NCBI GenBank assembly: GCA_024644655.1
Contig: JAHEHJ010000009.1
Location: forward strand, 6,098-70,097
DNA from: Flavobacterium sp.
GTDB taxonomy: Bacteria > Bacteroidota > Bacteroidia > Flavobacteriales > Flavobacteriaceae
Length of the DNA: 64,000 nucleotides
Direction of reading: 5' to 3'
The notes beneath the pieces are model-generated. The model did not search any database. It was not told the origin of the DNA and worked only from the letters and a program-made list of their open reading frames with translations. The position numbers and the translations under genes are program-made. This document shows, piece by piece, positions 11,311 through 19,117 of this stretch. The first letter of the stretch is position 1, and every line of letters starts with the position of its first letter.

Positions 11311-12345
11311 CTAAGGAGCTGGATCGGGATATATTGCTTGTATTTGATTGATTTCAGCTATAATCTCTGGGGTAAGGACCACTTCAAATGCCGCTATATT
11401 TTCTTTAAGTTGTTCCATAGTAGTAGCTCCAATAATAGTAGCCATAACAAACTTTTGTTGGTTAACAAATGCTAATGCAAGTTGTGTTAATGTTAGTCCA
11501 TGAGCACGAGCTACTTCGTTATACAATACCGTTGCATTTTTACAATTTTCACTTGAATATCTTGTAAATTGAGGAAACAAACCTAGTCTTGAAGTAGGTT
11601 GCAAACCGTTCAAATGCTTTCCACTTAAGAAGCTAAAAGCTAATGGTGAATACGCCATCAAACCAACTTGTTCTCGCATGGCAATTTCAGAAAGTCCCAC
11701 TTCAAACAAACGATTCAATAAAGAATATGGGTTTTGGATTGTGGCGATTCTTGGTAAAGTATTTTTTTCACTTTCGTTTAAAAACTTCATGAGTCCATAG
11801 GGGTTTTCATTGGACACTCCTATGTGTCTTATTTTACCCTCTTTAATTAATCCATCATAGACTTCTAATACTTCTTTAAAATTGGGTTGCCATTGTTCGT
11901 CTAGAGTAGCTATACCGCGTTGACCAAACATATTCATAACGCGTTCTGGCCAATGCATTTGGTATAAATCGATGTAATCAGTTTGCAGGTTTTTTAAACT
12001 ATGGTTGACCGCTTCGTGGATTGCTTTTTTAGAAAAATCCAATGGTTGTCGGATGTATTCCATACCTCTATTGGGTCCGGCAATTTTGGTGGCAATAACT
12101 AAATCATCGCGTTTACCTGTTTTTTTTAACCAAGTTCCAATATACTTCTCCGTTAAACCTAAAGTAGCTTCACGAGCCGCAATAGGATACATTTCGGCTG
12201 TATCTATAAAATTAATGCCATTTTCTATAGCATAATCCAATTGGGCATGTGCATCACTTTCGGTATTTTGTTCACCAAAAGTCATGGTGCCTAGACAAAC
12301 TTTGCTGACTTTAATATCGGTATTGGGTAAATGGGTGTATTTCAT
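11311..12345 (-). CDS. NADP(H)-dependent aldo/keto reductase (Tas-like)
   Basis: LGTMTFGEQN, FIDTAEMY, DYIDLYQMHWP, QNPYSLLNR. Confidence 0.92.
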   Translation of the reverse strand: MKYTHLPNTDIKVSKVCLGTMTFGEQNTESDAHAQLDYAIENGINFIDTAEMYPIAAREATLGLTEKYIGTWLKKTGKRDDLVIATKIAGPNRGMEYIRQPLDFSKKAIHEAVNHSLKNLQTDYIDLYQMHWPERVMNMFGQRGIATLDEQWQPNFKEVLEVYDGLIKEGKIRHIGVSNENPYGLMKFLNESEKNTLPRIATIQNPYSLLNRLFEVGLSEIAMREQVGLMAYSPLAFSFLSGKHLNGLQPTSRLGLFPQFTRYSSENCKNATVLYNEVARAHGLTLTQLALAFVNQQKFVMATIIGATTMEQLKENIAAFEVVLTPEIIAEINQIQAIYPDPAP

Positions 12346-12391
12346 TCTAGTAGATTAATTAGGTAAAAATAGTAATGGGGTAATCTAAAAA

Positions 12392-12427
12392 CAAAAAAGG
12401 TGCTTAGTAAACTAAGAACCCTTTTTG
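12392..12427. terminator. intrinsic terminator hairpin downstream of the OmpA/MotB-like gene
   Basis: caaaaaagg-tg-cttagt-aa-actaag-aa-ccctttttg imperfect inverted repeat with A/T tails. Confidence 0.6.
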
Positions 12428-12444
12428 TCAAGTATTATTATGCT

Positions 12445-13410
12445 TTAAAATTCATTCAACATTTTGGAAATTTCATCCAATTTGGGTGTTAGGATGATTT
12501 CGATTCTACGGTTTTTTGCTTTCCCTTCTGGGGTATCATTACTCATGATAGGAGAGAATTCACCACGACCTGCGGCGGTTAGGTTTTTCTTTTGAATTCC
12601 TGCATTTTCACCTAAGATATTTACTATAGCCGTGGCTCTTTTGGTTGACAAATCCCAATTGTTTTCGATACCACCTCCGATGTTTCCTAGTATTTTATCA
12701 TTATCGGTGTGGCCTTCAATTAATACGGTAATGTCAGGATTTTGAGCTAATACTTTACCCACTTCCACCACTGCATTTCTTCCTTCGGAGCCTACTGCCC
12801 AACTTCCTGTTTGGAACAATAATTTGTTTTCCATAGACACATAAACTTTTCCGTTTTTTTGTTCCACGGTAAGACCTTTTCCTTCAAATGCATTTAAGGC
12901 TTTAGACAACGTCTCTTTTAGCTTTTTCATGCTAGCATCTTTGGCAGCAATCATTCCTTCTAATTCGCTCAATCGTTTTGAACTGGAAGCCAATTCATCT
13001 CTTAATTTATTCAAGCGGTCTTGTTCAGCGGCTAGGGCTTTTTGTTTGCCTTCCAATTCGGCCAATAATTCTCTGTTTTTAGTCATATTGGTTTGAAGTG
13101 CTTCATTGCTGTTTTTCTCTAGAGCAGCGTAGGAATCTTGAAGCGTTTTCAGGTTATTGGAAGTAGCTGTACAATCGGCTGTAAGTTTGTCTTTCTCTGC
13201 CTTAAGCTTTTCCAATTCATCTTTTAATGTTTTGTTTTCTTCATTAAATTCGGTGTTGGCTTTATGCAAATCTTCATTTTCATCGGCCAAGCTTCGGTTT
13301 TCTTTCTTGAGATCGGTATATTTATTTTCTAAGTCATTGTAAATTTTCTTAGAAACACAAGATGACATAGTTCCTATAATCAATAATGCGAGTAGACTTC
13401 TTTTAATCAT
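12445..13410 (-). CDS. OmpA/MotB-family peptidoglycan-binding lipoprotein with coiled coil
   Basis: Lipobox MSSC, long coiled coil, IEGHTDN, NWDLSTKRA, NRRIEI. Confidence 0.88.
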   Translation of the reverse strand: MIKRSLLALLIIGTMSSCVSKKIYNDLENKYTDLKKENRSLADENEDLHKANTEFNEENKTLKDELEKLKAEKDKLTADCTATSNNLKTLQDSYAALEKNSNEALQTNMTKNRELLAELEGKQKALAAEQDRLNKLRDELASSSKRLSELEGMIAAKDASMKKLKETLSKALNAFEGKGLTVEQKNGKVYVSMENKLLFQTGSWAVGSEGRNAVVEVGKVLAQNPDITVLIEGHTDNDKILGNIGGGIENNWDLSTKRATAIVNILGENAGIQKKNLTAAGRGEFSPIMSNDTPEGKAKNRRIEIILTPKLDEISKMLNEF

Positions 13411-13451
13411 TGTAGGGCTGTTTAACTATTAGTATAAAATATTGTTTGTAT

Positions 13452-14213
13452 TTAATTGATTTCCACCAAAACGGGACAATGGTCTGAATGTTTGGCTTCG
13501 GGTAAAATAACGGCACGTTTCAATCGGTCTTTTAGTTTTTCATCGGCTAAGCAATAATCAATGCGCCACCCTTTATTATTTTGACGGGCATTGGCGCGAT
13601 AGCTCCACCAACTATAGTGATTTGGTTCTTTATTAAAAAACCGGAATGTATCGATGAATCCTTTTTTCATAAATCCGTCAAGCCAAGAGCGTTCTTCGGG
13701 TAGAAATCCTGAAACGGTTTTATTGCGGATAGGATCATGAATATCAATAGCTTCGTGACAGATATTATAATCACCGCATATTATCAAATTAGGCACTTCT
13801 TCCTTTAAAGCAGTTATATAGTCTTGGAATTCATCCATATATTGGAATTTATACCCTAAGCGATCTGAATTAGTTCCTGAAGGCAGGTACAAACTCATCA
13901 CAGAAACGTCATCAAAATCAACTCTAAGGTTTCGTCCTTCAAAGTCCATGTGGGCAATTCCTGTGCCAAACACTACATTATTGGGTTTTATTTTAGATAA
14001 AATAGCGACACCACTATATCCTTTCTTTTGGGCAGGATACCAATAATGATAGGGATAACCCGAAAGTTCAAAATCAATTAGAGGAATTTGTTCTGGAGTT
14101 GCTTTGATTTCTTGGAGGCAAATCACATCGGGGTTCGCTTGTTGCAACCAAGTAATAAAACCTTTGGAAATTGCGGCCCGAATACCATTTACATTATAGG
14201 AAATAATTCTCAT
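13452..14213 (-). CDS. xth: exodeoxyribonuclease III
   Basis: SYNVNGIRA, LQEIK, GDYNICH, GWRIDY, SDHCP. Confidence 0.95.
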   Translation of the reverse strand: MRIISYNVNGIRAAISKGFITWLQQANPDVICLQEIKATPEQIPLIDFELSGYPYHYWYPAQKKGYSGVAILSKIKPNNVVFGTGIAHMDFEGRNLRVDFDDVSVMSLYLPSGTNSDRLGYKFQYMDEFQDYITALKEEVPNLIICGDYNICHEAIDIHDPIRNKTVSGFLPEERSWLDGFMKKGFIDTFRFFNKEPNHYSWWSYRANARQNNKGWRIDYCLADEKLKDRLKRAVILPEAKHSDHCPVLVEIN

Positions 14214-14375
14214 GAAGTATTTACATTAGTTTTTTCAAAAGTAGATAAAAAGCCAAACATTTGAAACCCAATTGCAATAATTAAATTTACGAATTCGAGT
14301 GCGAAATCCGAATTTTCTAAAGGCTATTTGAGTAGAATTGTTATCTTTGTTTCTTACTCAAAATTGAATGTATAC

Positions 14376-16187
14376 ATGGGTTTAGTCACTGCTAAAGAAG
14401 TTGCCAAAGCAATAAACGCCGATAAATATGGAGTTTTCGGAACGTTTTGTGGATGGTTACTAATGAAAGCGTTGAAAATATCTACCTTAAATAAGATTTA
14501 CGACCGTAACAAACATTTAAGTGAATTAGAGTTTTTAAATGCCATACTTGATGAATTTCAGATACGCTTTGAAATTCCGGAGGAGGATTTGAAGCGTTTA
14601 CCCAAAGAGGGACCTTACATAACTATTTCCAATCATCCTCTAGGGGGTATTGATGGTATATTATTATTGAAATTGATGCTTGAGCGAGAGCCTAACTTCA
14701 AGATAATAGCCAACTTTTTACTACACCGTATTGAGCCGATGAAGCAATATATTATGCCGGTTAATCCGTTTGAAAATCATAAAGACGCCAAATCTAGTGT
14801 GATTGGAATAAAAGAAACCCTTCGTCATTTGAGTGATGGAAAACCTTTAGGTATGTTTCCTGCTGGAGAAGTGTCAACTTATAAAGATGGCAGAATTGTA
14901 GTAGACAAAGATTGGGAAGAAGGCGCTATTAAGGTTATCCGAAAAGCGCAAGTTCCTGTTGTTCCTATTTATTTTCATGCTAAAAACAGTCGCTTTTTTT
15001 ATTTTTTATCCAAAATAAACCCAACTCTTCGTACGGCTAAATTGCCTTCTGAATTGTTGACACAAAAAGACCGATTAATAAAAGTTCGGATTGGAAAACC
15101 CATTTCGGTGGCGGAACAAAATGAACATAAAAGTATAGAGGACTATTCTGAATTCTTACGCAAGAAAACCTATATGTTGGCTAATTCATTTAACGAAGAA
15201 AGCAACATTTTGAATCCTCAAAATTTGAACCTTAATTTAAAAATCCCTAAAAACCCCAAACAGATTGTAAAACCTGCCAATCATGATAAGATATTGGAGG
15301 AGATTGAAATGTTAAAGGATAAGGATTATAGGTTATTGCAAAGTAAAAACTATTTGGTTTTCTTAACCCCTGCTGACGTAATCCCTAATATATTACATGA
15401 AATTGGTCGATTGCGTGAAATTACATTTAGAGCGGTAGGCGAAGGAACCAATGAATCTATTGATTTGGATCAATATGACACGTATTACCATCACATGTTT
15501 TTATGGGATGAAGAAACCCAAGTTATCGCGGGTGCTTACCGTATGGGATTGGGGTCTCATATTTTCCCGAAATATGGTATAGAGGGATTTTATCTTCAAG
15601 ATTTATTCCGATTTGAGCCTGAGTTGTATGATATGATGTCCAAATCTATTGAGATGGGCCGTGCTTTCATTGTGAATGAATACCAGCAAAAGCCGATGCC
15701 ATTGTTTTTATTGTGGAAAGGTATTGTTCATACGACATTGCGGTATCCAGAACACAAATACTTAATTGGAGGGGTGAGTATTAGCAATCAATTTACGGAG
15801 TTCTCTAAATCGTTGATGATTGAATTCATGAAATCCCATTATTACGACCCGTATGTAGCGCAATACATTCACCCTAAAAAAGAATTTAAGGTAAAACTAA
15901 AAGATGCGGATAAAGACTTTGTCTTTAATGAAACTGAAGCTGATTTGAACAAGTTTGACAAAATTATAGATGAAGTAGAGCCAGGAACGTTGCGTTTGCC
16001 GGTATTGATTAAAAAATACATCAAACAAAATGCACGAGTAGTGGCCTTTAATGTGGATCCATTGTTTAACAATGCTGTAGATGGATTGATGTATATTCGG
16101 ATTGCTGATTTACCTGAGAGTACTGTTAAGCCGGTAATGGAAGAATTCCAAGCCGAATTGGAACGCAAGGAAAAGAATTATAAATAA
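14376..16187 (+). CDS. bifunctional PlsC-type acyltransferase / GNAT N-acyltransferase (OlsF-like, ornithine-lipid synthesis candidate)
   Basis: NHPLGGIDG (HxxxxD) and FPAGEVS in the N-half; EIGRLREITFR, DLDQYD, IEMGRAF, LWKGI in the C-half. TATCTTTG at 14342-14349 supports ATG 14376. Confidence 0.8.
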   Translation: MGLVTAKEVAKAINADKYGVFGTFCGWLLMKALKISTLNKIYDRNKHLSELEFLNAILDEFQIRFEIPEEDLKRLPKEGPYITISNHPLGGIDGILLLKLMLEREPNFKIIANFLLHRIEPMKQYIMPVNPFENHKDAKSSVIGIKETLRHLSDGKPLGMFPAGEVSTYKDGRIVVDKDWEEGAIKVIRKAQVPVVPIYFHAKNSRFFYFLSKINPTLRTAKLPSELLTQKDRLIKVRIGKPISVAEQNEHKSIEDYSEFLRKKTYMLANSFNEESNILNPQNLNLNLKIPKNPKQIVKPANHDKILEEIEMLKDKDYRLLQSKNYLVFLTPADVIPNILHEIGRLREITFRAVGEGTNESIDLDQYDTYYHHMFLWDEETQVIAGAYRMGLGSHIFPKYGIEGFYLQDLFRFEPELYDMMSKSIEMGRAFIVNEYQQKPMPLFLLWKGIVHTTLRYPEHKYLIGGVSISNQFTEFSKSLMIEFMKSHYYDPYVAQYIHPKKEFKVKLKDADKDFVFNETEADLNKFDKIIDEVEPGTLRLPVLIKKYIKQNARVVAFNVDPLFNNAVDGLMYIRIADLPESTVKPVMEEFQAELERKEKNYK

Positions 16188-16216
16188 AAAAAGCCGGTGA
16201 AATTCACCGGCTTTTT
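16186..16216. terminator. bidirectional intrinsic terminator
   Basis: aaaaaagccggtgaa-a-ttcaccggcttttt perfect inverted repeat between convergent genes. Confidence 0.88.
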
Positions 16217-16233
16217 GTTTATATCAAAAAGTA

Positions 16234-16635
16234 CTATTCAGCACCTATATTATTAATTTCTTCTCCTGATGATTTTGGATCACTACCGTATTGGTTTTCT
16301 CCTTTAGTTCCTTCTGTAAAGAAAAGCACTAATAACCAAATTGCACCTATAAGAGGAATTAACACAATAAAATAAAACCAACCGCTTTTACCCACATCAT
16401 GTAATCTTCTTACCGCTACAGCTAAACCAGGGACAAAAGAAGCTAATGCTACTGTAATATACAAATATCCATAAGGTAGTGGAGAAAAATTAAATCCTAA
16501 TGTGCTATCTAAAACTACTGCAATAATTAAAATGATTAAATTCATTAATGTAAAATACCAATACTCGGATCTTCTAGCTCGACCATTGAAGTTTGCATAA
16601 TTTTCAAACATTACTTTTTTGTACCAATTAAACAT
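16234..16635 (-). CDS. DUF805-family inner membrane protein
   Basis: YANFNGRARRSEYW, VAVRRLHDVGKSGW, NQYG. Confidence 0.92.
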   Translation of the reverse strand: MFNWYKKVMFENYANFNGRARRSEYWYFTLMNLIILIIAVVLDSTLGFNFSPLPYGYLYITVALASFVPGLAVAVRRLHDVGKSGWFYFIVLIPLIGAIWLLVLFFTEGTKGENQYGSDPKSSGEEINNIGAE

Positions 16636-16651
16636 AATTTCTAAATTTTTG

Positions 16652-16690
16652 TTAGCCCTACTCTTTATGGATTTTCGGTTACTCCTTTAT
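16652..16690 (-). ncRNA. candidate DUF805/DUF805b cis-regulatory RNA motif
   Basis: Leader AACCGAAAATCCATAAAGAGTAGGGCTAAC between a TATATTTG promoter (16703-16710, - strand) and the DUF805 ATG; resembles the described motif from memory, no covariance model run. Confidence 0.5.
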
Positions 16691-16790
16691 TGTTAATTAT
16701 TTCAAATATAGATAATTTACCTACTCATTTATTAAGATGATTTTCTTTTTATTAACAAGAAAATAAGGAAATGATAATAAACCCTGTTAA

Positions 16791-17186
16791 TTACTTCCAA
16801 ATGGACTCTTTCAGAATCTCTTGAATAGAATGTTGTTGAACGAAGAAAACCAATCGAATGATGTGGTAAATTCCTAAAAAAATAGCCAGACCATAGGCAG
16901 CTTTTTTATGGTATAAATAGTGGTTGAAATATTCTTTTTGGGTTTTAATCTCTATAGTAAGCAACCCTATTAACAACACACTAAATACAACCGTAATGGG
17001 GCCTAAAATATGATAGGATATACTTTCATAAAAACGTCCTTCATAAAATGACACTATAGATTTAGTAATGCCGCAAGAGGGACATGGAAACCCTGTAAGC
17101 ATTTTTATAGGACATAAGGATTGGTCCTTTTTTAGATGATCATCGCTATTGTTAAGCATTAAAAAAAACGGTATCATTAGTGTCAA
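16791..17186 (-). CDS. DUF2752-family membrane protein (true start uncertain)
   Basis: CPIKMLTGFPCPSCGITKS motif followed by TM helices. Confidence 0.88.
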   Translation of the reverse strand: MTLMIPFFLMLNNSDDHLKKDQSLCPIKMLTGFPCPSCGITKSIVSFYEGRFYESISYHILGPITVVFSVLLIGLLTIEIKTQKEYFNHYLYHKKAAYGLAIFLGIYHIIRLVFFVQQHSIQEILKESIWK

Positions 17187-17230
17187 TAGTGCACCAATAA
17201 TACCGTAGATTTTATATTTGATTCTTTTTT

Positions 17231-17617
17231 CTATTTGTACAGTCTGTTAATATCACCTTGCACAATCATAGCTGCTGCAAGAGGAAAGAAGAAACCTAGC
17301 ACTAGTAATAGCGTAGATTGATCTTTTTGCAATTCTCCAGTTATTTTGTACACTTTTGGCAAACCTTCTTTACCAACTAAGTAATAAAAATACACGTGAA
17401 CTGGCAAACAACAACCTGAAAATATAGCTAAAGGAGTTGAAATGATTTCGCGTTCTGCCACAGCATTTAATACTTCTGATACTTTGACATTCCAATAAAT
17501 GAGGTAAAGACCACAGGTTAGAATACTAAAGACCAGTACTAGAACAGGGTCTACTTTAAATACGGGAATATTGGCAGGCCTATTCCAATTTTCATTAGGG
17601 TTGTTGATTACTTCCAT
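17231..17617 (-). CDS. DUF4234-like small membrane protein
   Basis: FSILTCGLYLIYW motif, TM segments, C-terminal QGDIN. Confidence 0.75.
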   Translation of the reverse strand: MEVINNPNENWNRPANIPVFKVDPVLVLVFSILTCGLYLIYWNVKVSEVLNAVAEREIISTPLAIFSGCCLPVHVYFYYLVGKEGLPKVYKITGELQKDQSTLLLVLGFFFPLAAAMIVQGDINRLYK

Positions 17618-17922
17618 ACATTATTTTGGTTTTTGTTTGTGCTAATATAAATAAAAATACAGAAAAGCGCTAGTAAATTAATTCCTTGAAATACCTTTTG
17701 CTCTAATTGAAGATTTGTATCTGTAAACTAGTACTACCTAAGTGCTTTTTTATAGTTGAAATTCGCCTTTACTATTTCTTTTAAATTCTTACAAAAATTC
17801 ATTGGAATTATAATCCTAAAAAAAACGATTTGTTTGAAGCAAATAAAAAACGTAAAATGCTTATTTTCAAGTATTAATGATTTTTTCGATTGAATTAAAA
17901 CCTCATTTTAGAAAACCTTTTC

Positions 17923-18021
17923 AGCAATGTCTAGGCAATGTCTAGGCGCTTTAGAGGGGGGTATTCAGCACTTAACAGGCAATTACGAGGCAATTAGCTA
18001 GCCCATACGAGGCAAATAAAC
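17923..18021. repeat. degenerate tandem array of nine 11-bp units (approx. RGCAATnnnnA)
   Basis: agcaatgtcta/ggcaatgtcta/ggcgctttaga/ggggggtattc/agcacttaaca/ggcaattacga/ggcaattagct/agcccatacga/ggcaaataaac. Confidence 0.7.
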
Positions 18022-18057
18022 ACACGAATATTTGTAAGAATTTCGATGTTCGATGCC

Positions 18058-18071
18058 ATGATACATATCAT
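18058..18071. promoter_or_regulatory. FNR/CRP-like palindrome ATGAT-N4-ATCAT
   Basis: ATGATacatATCAT, same core as the sites at 21644 and 27082. Confidence 0.4.
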
Positions 18072-18099
18072 TTGAATGTGAAGAATGCGAAAGCTTTAC

Positions 18100-19053
18100 T
18101 TATTGGAAAAGTCCTTTTATTTTGTCTACTATCGTTTGGGCTAATTTTTCATGACTTTCAAAGGTCCAACCGGCAATATGAGGTGTAAGAAGTACATTAT
18201 CTGCTTGAAGCAAGTATTCAAATGCTTTGGGTTTATCGGTATCTATAAAAAGGTTTTCGAAAGATAATTTTTCATACTCCAATACGTCTAGGCCTGCGCC
18301 GTGAATTTTTCCTGATTTTAGGGCTTCCACTACATCGGCAGTAACCACATTATTTCCTCGAGAAGTATTGATGAGCCAAAAAGGCTTGGCAAAAGAATTA
18401 ATAAAATCGGCACACACCATTTTATCGGTTTCGGGAGTCCAAGGAATGTGTAAACTTAGGACATCACATTCTTGTTGGAGTTCTAGTAAACTAACTTGTT
18501 GGGCATTTTTATCTCCCACATTGGGTAGAATATCATAACAAAGCACTTTGACGTCAAACCCTTGAAGTTTTTTAGCAAAGGATTTACCCATATTTCCGTA
18601 ACCTATAATCCCAATGGTTTTGTGTTCCAATTCGAAGCCTCTATTGCCTTCGCGGAGCCATTTTCCTTCCCTAACAAGTCGGTCGGCTCTATTTAGCTTA
18701 TTCATGAGAGACAAAAGCATCCCTAGTGCATGTTCGCCCACTGCATTTCTATTTCCTTCGGGAGCTGCGATGAGATGAATTCCTTTTGATTGTGCATAGT
18801 CACAATCTATGCTTTCTAGACCGGCACCTACTCGGGCAATACATTGGAGTTGGGTTGCCTTATCCATAAACGATTGGTCAATTTTAAATCGGCTCCGAAT
18901 CACGACCCCATGATAGCGGTGAATTTTAGCTTCTATTTCGGCTTTTGACGAGGTAAAATCCGCTTCATTTTGGAAACCCGCTTGTTCTAATTGGTCCCAT
19001 AATAGTGGGTGATTGCTATCGATGTGAAGAATTTTGATATCTGAAAAAGCCAT
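18100..19053 (-). CDS. D-isomer-specific 2-hydroxyacid dehydrogenase (SerA-like)
   Basis: ARVGAG, GIIGYGNMG, INTSRG, LDVLEYE, TPHIAG; ATG 19053 preferred as start. Confidence 0.92.
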   Translation of the reverse strand: MAFSDIKILHIDSNHPLLWDQLEQAGFQNEADFTSSKAEIEAKIHRYHGVVIRSRFKIDQSFMDKATQLQCIARVGAGLESIDCDYAQSKGIHLIAAPEGNRNAVGEHALGMLLSLMNKLNRADRLVREGKWLREGNRGFELEHKTIGIIGYGNMGKSFAKKLQGFDVKVLCYDILPNVGDKNAQQVSLLELQQECDVLSLHIPWTPETDKMVCADFINSFAKPFWLINTSRGNNVVTADVVEALKSGKIHGAGLDVLEYEKLSFENLFIDTDKPKAFEYLLQADNVLLTPHIAGWTFESHEKLAQTIVDKIKGLFQ

Positions 19054-19117
19054 AGTATTACTTTGATAGTGTAAAGATACCAAATAAAGGAGATAAAAAT
19101 CAAGACTTACTATTCCC

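Noticed and set aside
12445-13410. Flagellar stator motB
   Set aside because: It is a lipoprotein without the TM Asp helix, and there are no motA or flagellar genes in the window
17224-17231. Programmed -1 frameshift at A_AAA_AAG
   Set aside because: Joining the upstream GTG frame to DUF2752 needs +1, not -1
17923-18021. CRISPR array
   Set aside because: Units are 11 bp, contiguous and degenerate, with no spacers or cas genes
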